Shown one piece after another: positions 1-11,570 of a stretch of 64,000 nt of DNA. The first letter of the stretch is position 1, and each line of letters opens with the position of its first letter. The translations under genes and the position numbers were made by a program. The notes under the pieces were generated by a model, which saw nothing but the letters and a program-made list of their open reading frames with translations, was not told the DNA's origin and searched no databases. Source of the stretch: Penicillus capitatus (Eukaryota > Plantae > Chlorophyta); NCBI GenBank assembly GCA_965649825.1, contig OZ287706.1:372001-436000 (forward strand), given 5' to 3'.

Positions 1-1570
1 CATCAGAAAGCCATTGAACTGTTTCGTCGAGCGGCAGAGCTTAACGACGACAACGGACACTACGGTTTGGGATACATGTATCTGGCCGGATACGGTGTCG
101 AGAAGGATGTCAAGCAAGCCTTCAACCATTTTAACAAGGTGACGCATCGAGACAGCGACCAATAGATGCGAGATGTGTCTAGGCAGCTGCTCAGGAACAC
201 ACAGAAGCGCAGTTCAGTCTCGGCGTTATGTATTTGAAGGGACTGGCCGTGCGCGTGAGTCCTGTGCGTGCTATGGCTTTCTTCACAGCAGCCAGTCACG
301 GAGGACATCTCCTGGCGATGTACAATCTCGCTATGATGCATGTGTCGGGAACAGGAATCGAGCCCAACTGCCAAGCAGCTGTCCATCTACTCAAACAGGT
401 GTCTGTCCGACGTTCCTGTCCACCATCCAACGGCGCTCTCCTTTAGGTCGCTGAGCAAGGACCGTGGTGTACCGTGCTGCAAGAAGGGCACAATGCCTTT
501 CATGACGGTTAGGCATCACACCAAAAGAGTGAGATGAGATTCATGGACGGGTGGTCTGTGGTGTTAGGAGATTATACCTATGCGTTGGTATCGTATCTAA
601 GGGCGTCGCAGATGGGATTGGAATTGGGGCAGTCCAATGCAGCGTGGATGCTGGAACACGGTTTGGGTCCAGGACATCTCTCACAGAACATTCATATGGC
701 ACTGGGCCTGTACAAGTGGTCTGCCGAACAGGAGAATACAAATTCCCTTCTGGCAGTGGGCGATATCTTCTACTATGGCCGCGGCATCGAAAAGGACTGG
801 AATCGATCGTCCGGTGTCTACCAACTCGCCGAGAAACAAAAAAGCTCCAGAGCTGCCTACAACCTCGGCTTCATGTACCAGTTCGGTGCTGGACTGCCAA
901 AAGATCATCATCTCGCCAAACGGTTACTCTCTCACTCTTTTCATGAGGTCACTCTTTTGCGTTTCTTAGGTACTACGATTTGGCGTATGCCCATAATCAT
1001 GACGCGTTCTATGCCGTGAAGCTCGCTTTGGCGTATCTCAGGGTGCATTCCTGGTGGGATCATCGCCGGATGATCTTCCCTTATCTCGTGCGTTCCTGGA
1101 TGGATGCCGCGTTCGTCAGCAAGTATCAGAACGCGACGCACGTTCCTCCTGGATGGTGGTCGAGTCGACAGGCCGATCGTCTCAGGGCGCCAGGCGAGGA
1201 ATCTCTTCTGGAGAAAGTGATGGATGTCATCGATCTCGATACCGCCAGCGACGTCCTACAAGATTTCATGGACGCCTTGACATCTGAAGACCTCGGCGAT
1301 CTCATGGAATCCCTCTTCTTAGCTGGACTGATCATCGTCTTCATCGCCGTCTATCGAAGACGTCGACGCAATCGAAATCCTCGACAAGTCACATCACGAT
1401 CACATCGAATCGAAAGAGAAAAGTGCTATGCTTTCTAGGCAGACCGCAATGCGGCCAATCCACCGGAGCGGCAACCAGAAGCACCAAACGGCGCGCCGCC
1501 GCCACCGGCTGAAGGCGCTCCGGCAGAGCGACCTCCAGATCAGGCCAATCGTGGAGACAATGACGGTTAA
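1..1570 (+). CDS. HRD3: SEL1-repeat ERAD component (SEL1L/HRD3-like), 5' partial, multi-exon
   Basis: Spliced translation gives tandem Sel1 repeats (YGLGYMYLAGYGVEKD; AQFSLGVMYLKG; AAYNLGFMYQFGAGLPKDHHLAKRYYD), then a C-terminal TM helix (LFLAGLIIVFIAVY) followed by RRRRR. GT-AG introns start at about 139, 399, 508, 921 and 1388; TAA at 1568-1570. Confidence 0.85.
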
Positions 1571-1622
1571 TGTAACAACGCATTTCGCTGTACGCTTGCT
1601 TCTCGATGTCGCGACGTCAGAG

Positions 1623-2510
1623 ATGCGCCATGGAGGTGTGACACATGTATGCGTGACCAAAGCGTCAAACACATCCTGACGTTTCTAGCCAACCTCTGCC
1701 TCGCTGGGAGAGAAGCGCATTTCTGGCATCTTTTACGCTGGCGGTGTCTGGAGCGCCGTCACGTTTGAGACGCGGGCGGCGCTCGACACTGCAGCCATCG
1801 GAACGGTTGAAGACCTGACCGTCATTGAGCCACTCCTCCAACACCTTCCTCTCCATCCCGTACCCTGTTCTTTTACCACACGACGCAGCTCCATCGTGGA
1901 GATACAGGAAACGGCGGATGCAACGCATTGTATTCTCTGGAGCTTACCAGAAGCACTTGCCCACTTCGATCAGCTCGATATTTATCATCTCGATCGTGAG
2001 AGCCGCCTACAGAAGCTCAGTCGTTGTGTAGACATGCATTCCATGGCACACGTCGCATCCTATGGCGCTTAGGAGTTTGAACGGTGCTGCGTGGAAACGC
2101 AGCCGCATTTCTGGAATCTCTACTATGCCTATCAGTATCTAAAAGATCAAGTGCGATGACCCCTATCCGTCGTGCCTGTCGGATGTGGGATGTCTGCCAG
2201 GGATGGTATGTTCGTTCAGGAATCATCTACGGTGCCGATTTCGTCGTCTATCGTCGACATCCCTCCTGTGTCCATGCCGAGTACGGCGTCAGTGTCCTGT
2301 CTGCAGGCACGTCCCTGTCGCTGAACGATATACAGGCGACCTATCGTCTCCTCCATCAAGCACGTCACATCATCACAGACATGCATCGTTGATGTGACAT
2401 CTCGGGAGCAGGTGAGCAAGGGATGGCTGCTGGCGATCGTGGCGTCGGACGGCGCAATTGCGTGGCGCGAAGTGACACGTTGGATACCATCTCGACATCG
2501 AATTATTTAA
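1623..2510 (+). CDS. SEN2: tRNA-splicing endonuclease catalytic subunit Sen2-like
   Basis: Exon encodes GWYVRSGIIYGADFVVYRRHPSCVHAEYGV, the Sen2 catalytic Tyr/His region. Introns 1647-1688, ~2028-2072, 2151-2200 and a GC-AG intron 2360-2411 join one open frame. Start codon inferred. Confidence 0.8.
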
Positions 2511-2537
2511 CAGACCCACCCCCCATCTATCTTCCCT

Positions 2538-3185
2538 TCACGAAGGCAGCGAGAGTTTCACATTGTTCTTCCAACTCTGTAAATAAAAGTAGAAGAAATC
2601 TGCATAGAGTGCCGTTTGGATCGATCCAGCCACCCAGACTAACACCTGCTTGTAACGTGGCTCCGTAAAGTAACGATAGATCCAGTTGAGAATGTACAGT
2701 CCACGGTAGAGTCCCAGAAGAAAGATATAATTGCCAGTCAGATTGTCGATGTTCTGCGTCCTTCTCAGCAAAAAGAGCTGCGGCAGGATAGCAATCGCTT
2801 CGAGGTAGATCGAAAACGTCCAGAGAATTTCAAACGGTGTGAAGGCCATATGGACGAGCATTGCCAGAGCGGCTGCCAGAATGACGAGGACATAAGATCG
2901 AAAGGTATCCTGCTCTCTGTCATACGTCAGCCGAATGGTTCGATGAAATCTCATGTAGTACACAATGGTGTACGATGTGAGGAGGAACACAATCTTCATG
3001 ACGCTGTTATAGAGTGAGACAAAGTTGAAGAAGAGGTCCAGATAACGTGTGGAGAAGACAAGGGCGTAGAGCTCCTGTGTCTTGAGGGAGATTCCGCGAC
3101 AGGAACGCGTGGCCTGGATCTTCAGCAGCAGCACGACGACGGAGAGCAGATGCGTCATGTCGCCGGCGAAGCGAAAGATGTTCAT
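2538..3185 (-). CDS. ERD2: ER lumen protein-retaining receptor (KDEL/HDEL receptor), intronless, 215 aa
   Basis: MNIFRFAGDMTHLLSVVVLLLKI...GISLKTQELYALVFSTRYLDLF...WTFSIYLEAIAILPQL...LGLYRGLYILNWIYRY...QTALYADFFY matches the ERD2 family end to end. Confidence 0.97.
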   Translation of the reverse strand: MNIFRFAGDMTHLLSVVVLLLKIQATRSCRGISLKTQELYALVFSTRYLDLFFNFVSLYNSVMKIVFLLTSYTIVYYMRFHRTIRLTYDREQDTFRSYVLVILAAALAMLVHMAFTPFEILWTFSIYLEAIAILPQLFLLRRTQNIDNLTGNYIFLLGLYRGLYILNWIYRYFTEPRYKQVLVWVAGSIQTALYADFFYFYLQSWKNNVKLSLPS

Positions 3186-3254
3186 TGTTGGCGGCAATGA
3201 AAGGAGCTGAGGAAAGAAATGCAGGAAACGGGACACGTCTTGTCGAATGGTACG

Positions 3255-4838
3255 ATGCGTGTTCTCAGCGCCGTCGTTCTTGCGGGAATGCTCCTGCAGA
3301 CATGTCTCGCCGATGTGCAGCGTCATCTATCGACGAAAGTGCGCGTCGGTGCGTGTGCAGAAGGCCTGGAAGGGCAGGTGGGTGCGTAGACGTCGTATGC
3401 GTGGCGACAAAGAGGAAATGGACCGTTGTTGAAAAACGAAGCGCGAGAACCGTCGTTCGTCTATCACCTCGTGCGTCACGGTACGCGTTGGCCGACGTCT
3501 GGATCGATGAAACGCATTCGCAAAATGCACGAAGCCATTCAGGTGTGGGTCACCTGTGTGTCCAGATGCGGTGTGCAAGGCATTTAGGGCATTCCTGCCT
3601 TCGAGCGATTTCTGAAGCCGCTTGAGGATCTCACGGAACAGCAGTTTGCTGGAGAGCTCCACGAGATGGGATACCAAGAGATGTATGATCTTGGAAAGAA
3701 GATGCGCGCCTACTATCCAATACTTTATGGCCGACCTGTCACATCAACAAATTATCATTTCAGATCGACAGCAGTACGTACTAGTCGCTGTCTATGTATG
3801 ACGTGATGTGACGTTTCGTGCAGAAACCCCGCTCGGCTGCCAGTGCCGTTGCCTTTGGCATGGGACTCTTTCCCCGCGAAGCAGCGCCTAGTGAAACATG
3901 TCAATCCACTGCCGTCGCTATTGAACAGCGTCCCGTCCACGACGACCCCGTTCTACGTTTCTTCGACATCGATCCCGAATACGACGCCGAGACCGATCGA
4001 CTCGAAGACCAAATGGTACGACCCATCCCATCTCCCCTATCCTCTGAGATGCGCCTCCAGGATGCTGAACTGGAAGCCGCCGTCTTTCCGTCGATCGCCA
4101 GGAGCTTAGATGCCAGACATGGCGTCCGGCTTTTCTCCCGGGATCCCGTTTTGGTTGGCTCTCTCTGGGAAGCCTGCATCTTTCAATGGGCCACCACTCA
4201 GAAGAACACCTCCCTCTGCGAACTCTTCTCGCCTGACGATCTCCGTATCCTCGAATGGGCGACCGATTTCGAAAGTCTTCTCAAATCAGGACCAAGCTTC
4301 GATATTAACTGCTGCCAAGCCCGACCGCTCATCGACGATCTCCTCGACACTCTTCACGTCCTTCTCGACAGCCTATTTCTTGCGATCACATGTGGCTGTC
4401 TTTCAGGGAGCTGCGTCAGGAACGTTGAAGAAGGGCCGATATGCTCATGTGCTATGTGGCCATGCCGAGACGGTGCTTCCTTTGGCATGTCTGCTCGGTG
4501 TCCACGCGCCGCGGTCGGCTACGCTGTCCCATCTTCTCCAACCCTACCCCGAAGCGACAGCCCGCCTCCGACAGACGGAATTACTCGCATCCTTCGCCAA
4601 ACGGTCTGTCTGGCGCGGCGCTTTACTCTCGCCGATGGCTGGGAACGTCCTCGTTGCCTTGTTCCTCGATACGCTCACGCCAACCGTCCGTCTCTACTGG
4701 AACGAGGAGCTTCTGTCGGGTCCTTGGTGCCAAGGCGCCAGCGAATGTCCTCTCACAACGTTTACAGCGTCCGTACTTCGTGGGATCGAACATTTTCGCG
4801 ACGATCGTTGTCCTGGGCGTTGGTCCGAAGCGACGTGA
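3255..4838 (+). CDS. MINPP1: Multiple inositol-polyphosphate phosphatase / histidine acid phosphatase, with signal peptide
   Basis: Signal peptide MRVLSAVVLAGMLLQTCLA, then HLSTK|TSY, active-site RHGTRWPT (~3475), G-E-L-H-E-M-G-Y-Q-E-M-Y-D-L-G and the C-terminal HAETVLPLACLLG motif. Several ~50-bp introns. Confidence 0.9.
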
Positions 4839-5246
4839 GGTGTCGTGGCGATTGACGGGCACAGTCAGTCCGGTCAGCCCGTCCGTCCGTCCGTCAACGC
4901 ATCCATTCACGAAAGTCAGTGTCAGAAATTGCGTCGAAGCTCAACGAGAACAACAACGTTGTTGATTGTCAATTTCGAGGTGCTTAGTGAAGCAGCAGCA
5001 CACACCCTTTCTGTTTTCCATTTGATTTCGCAAGTGCCATCACCGCCGCGCCAAACACGTCGTTCACTGCAGACTCTACGGACAGGACCGGTACGTGAGT
5101 GAGAAATCGCGGACGTGGGTGGATCGGAACGGACGTGTCGTAGTGGATGGCTGTCGAGCAGTGCCACTCGATGTATCCCTTCGATGCGTCGTGCGATGCG
5201 TTCGGCATGGGATCTGACGGTCGTCTCTGTGTGGCGCTTAGTTTTT

Positions 5247-6310
5247 ATGGAAGCTCAGTCTGATGCGGGGTCTGCCATTGTGATAGAAGTGGATGATTCG
5301 AGTCCACCGCCCGCGACTTCTCCATGGACGGCAAATAAATTACTGACGAACGCACGACGCCAAAGCATAACACGCCGTAAGAGAAAGCCTATGACTTCTC
5401 CACAGGTGCTTCGCCCATTGTCAGCTTGGATCCATGACAATGTCTCCTTCCATGTTAGCCGAGCCACATTGCACGTCGGTGCAATAATTGTGGTGTGACA
5501 AAGACGCCCCAATGGAGGGAGGGACCGGACGGTGCGTGTTCGTCAGATGGATGCACATGTGTGATAAAATGATGTGACAGGTCCGAAGACATTGTGTAAT
5601 GCGTGTGGTGTGAAGTACAGTCGGGAACGTCAAGATAAGTCAAAGTCTCGGAAATCAAGGAAACTGAAGCCAAAGGTAAAAGAGTGATACGGCGCAAGAA
5701 AGTGTGAGATGCTATCGATGGGTGTGTGTGTTTGCAGACAGGGATCAAATCCAAGTTGAGTTATTCTTCTGTAAAAAAGAGGACAAGAAACTCTGACCGT
5801 GATCGACGCAATTATGATTTCACTTTTCTGTTTTCTTCAACGGCCAATCCGTCGTCGTCCGCAAACTATGGGAAGGTTTCTGGCAGCGGAGCCTGTGGAT
5901 TCAGTGGAAAAGAGTATGCTGCGGCCTTGTCCTTAGTCTCCCTGGCCATTCTTGGCACTGCTCCCTCTGATGCGCGTTCCCAGACACACGAAGACGCGTG
6001 CGATCTGGCTCAGCCCAAAACGCGACGCTCCAAAAGAATTGCCCGTCGTTCGCATTACTATGGAGGGTTTGTCGATACGGACGAATGGATCCCGCACTTG
6101 CTGGAGGAGATGGATGATGCTCGACGTCGTCCTCTGCAGAAAAGCGTGGCAATGGGCGTCCCTTGTGTATGGGCTGCAATGGGCTACTCGGAGTATGGAG
6201 ATTCCTGCTGTGCATGCAAGAAACCGGGTCTTCTCAAAAAAGTGACGGATACATCAGATCGAGCCAGCACCGCTTCTGATTCTGCCAAGAGTGATTTCCT
6301 GACAACATGA
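5247..6310 (+). CDS. GATA-type zinc-finger transcription factor (C-X2-C-X18-C-X2-C)
   Basis: Spliced exons give CNNCGVTKTPQWREGPDG|PKTLCNACGVKYSRER followed by a basic tail. Introns 5406-5458, 5531-5580, ~5675-5738. Start codon uncertain. Confidence 0.85.
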
Positions 6311-6589
6311 TGCTGATGGCGAATGACACTTTGATCCTGTTGTCAGGAAATCGCACCGTTCTGTTTTATTGGCTGCGCATTTAATAACCCACCCACTCTG
6401 TTTCTGTACATTACTTGATATCTATCTATCTATGAATAGGAGATCTGTGTTCTGTGTGTGTTTCTGTACTCTGATGGGGAATGTGCTCATTCAACTGGAC
6501 TGTGTGTGGTCTGAAAAACTGTGCACAGACGCTGTGGTCCTCTGCAGTCTGTACTGCCCACCCATACCTCCCTCCCTCCCTATAACATC

Positions 6590-6900
6590 GTCTTCGCCAT
6601 CGCTGCTCTTGCTATTGTTCCTGCAATTGTTGTTGTTGTTGTCGCTGTCGTGGCTGCTGTGTCTTCTCTTCCGTTTTGTTGTTCTCCATGTCTTGTTGTC
6701 CATTGTTGTTGTTGTCGTTGTCGTTCTTGCTGTGTGCACAACATATATTTATCTCTTTATTAACACCGACGAAGATGTTGATGATGATGCAAAGTTCACA
6801 TATGCATACGATATGCTCATCGCTGTTTTGTTGTTGGCTACTGATGATCAGCATCATCGCCGCCGCCGCCGCCGCCATCACTGTCATGTCATAACGATCG
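6590..6900. repeat. Cluster of simple trinucleotide repeats (GTT, GAT, GCC)
   Basis: Runs such as ttgttgttgttgttgtc, gttgttgttgtcgttgtcgtt, gatgatgatg and (gcc)6 are read directly from the sequence. Confidence 0.8.
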
Positions 6901-7135
6901 TTGATGGGCCCTTTCTCAGATTCCTTTTGCTCTCATGCCACACATGCGTCTTGATTTTTGTGGTCGTCATCTGTTGTGGTGGGTTTCTGACAATAGACAA
7001 GCAACCGTGCATGCGTGCATGCAAGGAACAGAAGCACAATCAATCAACAACTGTTTTGAAGGGAGACCTGTAGATCTGCATGACCACATGTGTCGCGGAC
7101 CCAACAGGCTAGACACAAGCATAATATGTGTGCCA

Positions 7136-8825
7136 CTAGAGTTCCTGAATATATTCCTTCTCTTCGTCATAGTATGCGCGTTCCTTGGCGGACTTCTCTT
7201 TGTGTCTGGCCTGAAAGAAGGCATGATTATCCACAATTCTCTTGATCAAGCTCAGGGTCGTCATTTTGCTAGGACTTGGTAATATCCTATAAAAAAGACA
7301 TCACCATATTTAAGATGTGACAGACAGGTGGGTTGACCTGAAGATCCCTTTTGATTTCGGAACAGCATAGCGCGCTTGCGTCTCCTCCGGTTCCGGATTC
7401 GGAAACTCGCTCTCGGAACCGTGCACGACAATGGAGATGTTGAATGTGCGCAAGAGGTCTTCTGTAATGTAAGGAGTGACACCAATGATCACTTCATCCA
7501 CAAACTTGCATGCCAGGACACTCAGACTCCGCTCGTGCAGATTCATGATCGGCAAATGCGGCCCTCTGCGTTTCGAAACATCCTCATCGGTGTGCAAGCC
7601 AACCAGCAAGAAATCACCCAATGCCTTGGCCTCCTACACCGACAGACCATCCATACCAGACAGACCGCACACTAGACGGCAGCTGACCTTGAGAATGGCC
7701 ACGTGGCCGACATGGAAAACATCGAAGGCGCCGTCAATGTAGACCACGTTGGTCCCGACACGCGCCTCACAGACATTGGCGAACTGGACGATGCGTCGAG
7801 AGGTTGGCATAAAGTGTGAGACGACGGTTTGCTGTTCTCGATCCCTTTCTTTGCCGCTACTGAACTCCCTGGACAACTACATCACACATATGACGCCGCC
7901 ATCTCACTCTTTTCTCGTCACTTTTCGCTGCGCCTGTTCCTCGGAGACAAACAGATTCACGCGTGTACATGTCAACATCCGTCCGACGATGTCTGTCGTA
8001 CTGACGCCTTCCGTTCTCTTAATCTACGACATCACACTTTCTAAAAGTGTGATCTCCATCGTAAGCACAGTCCGTGCCATTTTGAATCTCCCCAGTTTCT
8101 TGGCATAGGCATAGGCGTCCGTCCCATCTGGCAGCAGACATGGATCGTCCCCGTGGATGATGTAATCGATGCGGTGCTTCGTAAAAAGCTCGTCCGTAAA
8201 ACTCGGCGTCAATTCATAGGGCACTTCTGTCGGCACCCACACACAGACCCTTCACGATCCGTTGCCGAGTGGCGGCGACTTACCTCTCACGACCTCATCC
8301 ACCCACTTAATACAATCCAGCAATGCACCTCGTTCGCTTTCGTTCATGACTGGAGCGCATCCCTTTGCCTTGAGGACTTCATGGTCTGGGATCAAGCCCA
8401 CCACCAATTCGTCCCCCATTGCCTTGGCCTGACGCAAGGCATTGGCATGGCCATAGTGTAACATGTCAAAACAGCCATCCATATACACGCGCACGGGCTT
8501 GGTTTCTGCAACCAGAGCAAAGGTCTCGTCCATCCCCTCCATAGACTGGGGGCGACCCACTTCGTCTTCGTTTCGCTCGTAGACTGAGCTGACGTGCCAG
8601 CCATCCACTGATCGCCCCAGGACGGTACTGGTACTGAAAGAGGGACTATGGAGAGGAATATACAGAAAGGGGAGCTTCTACTTGATGGGGTACATAGTAA
8701 TGGGTGAGCTGACTAAAGGTAAACCATCCCACGAATGCCGCAGGCACCGCCACTGCCAGAAGTGTCAACCATATTGCGTTCTGTGAGATTTCGCCCCTGA
8801 ACAGGATCCCATAAACAGGCGACAT
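7136..8825 (-). CDS. PECT1: Ethanolamine-phosphate cytidylyltransferase (two HxGH cytidylyltransferase domains, N-terminal TM anchor)
   Basis: VRVYMDGCFDMLHYGHANALRQAK; YIIHGDDPCLLPDGTDAYAYAKKLGRF; VVYIDGAFDVFHVGH; HERSLSVLACKFVDEVIIG; last exon ...LIKRIVDNHAFFQARHKEKSAKERAYY..., TAG at 7138-7136. First exon MSPVYGILF...WLTLLAVAVPAAFVGWF inferred. Confidence 0.92.
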
Positions 8826-8901
8826 ACAGGGGATGTCAACTGAGCGATGTACGTGCGTGCGTTCGTGCGTGTGTCATAGGTCTGCCGTCGCCGAAGGTCG
8901 A

Positions 8902-9992
8902 ATGACGACAGGATGTCGGCTGTCAAATGGCGTCGTCTTGCCAGCGGTGGGACTCGGGACTTACCGAGCACGAGGCAAGAGCCTCGTCCAAGCCATTGAA
9001 TGGGCACTCGAGGCTGGGATCCAACACATCGATACGGCATTGGGCTATCGAGTCGGTTGAAGATGCCGAATCTGTCGTGATGTGACGTTTGTGTGAGATC
9101 CAGAATGCACAGTCCGTGTATGAGGGCCGAGTCGCCACCGGAAAACGCACCGATGAAATTTTCATCACGAGCAAAGTGGGCCCGGCTCATCAAGGACTCG
9201 AAGCAGCACACGAAGGCTGCGAAGAGGCACTCCGTGGACTCAAGACCGATACCTTGGTAGACGCCTGACGTCCCGTCACACAAACGAGGGATGTGTTGGA
9301 GGACTTGATGCTCATTCATTGGCCGGGAGCTCAGAGGCCGCAGTTGCACAGAAACCTGCCGAAGCTCCGACAAGAGACATGGTCTGTTTTGGAAGACTTT
9401 TATCGCGAGGGGAAGTAAGGGAGTGGATGAATGGGGGAGGTCGTAAGAAGAGGTTTGTCTGCAGTTTTCGAGCGATCGGTGTGAGCAACTATGAGATCGC
9501 ACACCTGGAGCAACTTATGAAGCATGCCACGGTCCAGCCGATGGTAAATCAGATCGAAGTGCATCCACGGTTTCCGAACAAAGAGGTTCGTGCTTTCTGC
9601 AAAGAGAACGGTGAGGCATTGAAAAGTGTGAGATTTTGAGTGAGGATCTACGGTTAAGGTATTCAGGTCGTGGCCTATTCAAGTTTTGGTCAGGGAGAGC
9701 TCACCGGTCACCCCACGATCCAGGGCATTGCCGATCGGCTGCGGAAGTCATCAGCACAGGCATGAGCGATATCTTAAGGAAGCTGAAGCGAAGCGGTCGG
9801 CTGTAGGTGTTGCTCAAATGGGCATTGCAGCAGGACATGGCTGTGATTCCGAAGTCTGTACATAGAGAGCGCATCCTGGAATGGACGCCGGAGGAGATGG
9901 AGGGATGGGAACTAACAGAAGACGACATGATGCGTATCGACGAGATGGACGACGGACACAAGTACTGCTGGAATCCTACAGAAGTCGAATGA
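8902..9992 (+). CDS. Aldo-keto reductase family protein
   Basis: LSNGVVLPAVGLGTY; IDTALGY; EIFITSK; DLMLIHWP; RAIGVSNY; NQIEVHP; AYSSFGQG; AQ|VLLKWALQQ..VIPKS. One GC-AG intron at 9760-9806. Confidence 0.92.
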
Positions 9993-10078
9993 GCTGCCTC
10001 GATAGAGCAAAGGCGGCGGCGCGGGATGTTCGTTTGATGTGACAGGTGTATGTACGTTTGTTTCGCTCGCCATGGTGC

Positions 10079-11570
10079 ATGCCGACCGAAACCGCGAACG
10101 CCATCGTGTCGCACGCACACAACGCACGGTACCGTGTCACTTCGGTCTGCATGGGAGGTCAAGGGTGACAGGGATGGCAGGAAGAGGAGCCATGTCCACC
10201 GTCGAATATTATGTTCGATCGCCGAGTGGTGCGAGGAAATACCTATGCCCCACGAATCTGTGCATCCGATGGCGCCTTCCAACGTCGCGGCATCGTCTCG
10301 AAACGCAATCTAGAGTGATCGATGCCGTCGCTGTTCCGTTTGACGCGTTCGGTGCAGAAGGCGTCCGTTATGTGGAGAGAAGTCTCCCAGTGTGCCGTCC
10401 GAGGCATCAACGCCGGCGCCTGTCGACGGTCGTCAGCATGTGGATGTCCAGACCGAAGCGCTGTATGAAGATATCTCAGACGCTTTTCCGGTTGCCGACG
10501 GCGCCACGCAGACGGATGCGTTTTTCGATCGTCCGCCGACGCCGCTCTTCATTCCTCGGAAATCCGGTGTCGATGTCGACACACAGATATATCCAGGTCA
10601 CACTTGATGATGTGACGGCAAGTGTGACCAAACGGCACGCTGTCTGCCCTAGGCGAGCTCTTCGATTTCGATTTCGAAGTCGAGCCCATCGTCGCGTATC
10701 TCGTTGGAAAGACGCTCGAACAGAGTCTGGTCGAAGTGCATGAGGAGCTCGAATTCGAAGCGCTTGAGCGCCGTCGTTATGAGATCGAGCAGACGAAGGC
10801 CTACGCCCTGGCCGATGTTGAAAAAATGGAGGCAGTTGAGAGACGTCGTATCGAAGAGAAGGATCGCCGCCTGGCGGAAGTACGCGACGATGGACGCCAC
10901 GACGTCGCGTCATTGACGATGTTCTGTAGAAACGCGAGAAGAAACGGAAGGAGGAGATCGAGCGCCAACGAGTGGCGACGTCGAGTTTCGCACGACGATG
11001 GCTCAACGATATCGTTCGCGATATTTTTGTCGATCTCGATACGAAGGGTCACTTCCGAGACCCTGTTCGCGACGACATCGAACACGATTTCGTTCCTTGG
11101 CTTCGTGCGAAAACCGATGAAAAACTGAATCGCCGTCAATCGGAGCGACAAGTACTCGAAAGGATCATCCGATCGGCATTGGAGAAGACGCAACGTGATG
11201 AGGAGACACGACGCGCCGATCATCGATCGATCGTAGCCGACGCCCGTCGCCAAGAAGAGGTCGACGCGATAACGTCGCACATCGCCTGCGCCTTGATCCA
11301 TCGTTTCTCTTCTTCCAGGCCAGGCGTCGCGAGGAAGAAGAAAAGCGTCAACATTTCGATCGACTCGTCGATGAACACGCATCTGAGCTTCTTCAGCTGA
11401 CGGATCCCGCCTTGGCAGCGGCGGAGGTTATCGAAGAGACGAAGGAGGCGATGGATGGCGACATAACTGACGCCGATATCGTTCATGCGCTGCTGCGCAA
11501 CGGCATCGTGACGAAAGAACACGTCGTCGATCGAGTCAACGCCATCATCGGCGATCATTCGACATTGTGA
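10079..11570 (+). CDS. RSP3: Radial spoke protein 3 (flagellar)
   Basis: NIMFDRRVVRGNTYA; VDGRQHVDVQT; TQTDAFFDRPPTPLFIPRKSGVDVDTQI; LFDFDFEVEPI; C-terminal ITDADIVHALLRNGIVTK, all as in Chlamydomonas RSP3 as I recall it. TGA at 11568-11570. Start codon inferred. Confidence 0.93.

Noticed and set aside
6369-7073. 234-aa hydrophobic ORF as a multi-pass membrane protein
   Set aside because: The hydrophobic runs come from GTT/CTT microsatellites and no family motif is present. Kept only as a low-interest region.
8833-8901. Upstream in-frame ATG (8833) as the AKR start, or a 31-nt intron at 8849-8879
   Set aside because: It lies only 7 bp from the inferred PECT ATG, the extension is not AKR-like, and splicing the 31-mer would break the frame.
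8765-9502. 245-aa minus-strand ORF
   Set aside because: Mostly antisense to the well-supported AKR exons, with no recognisable motif.
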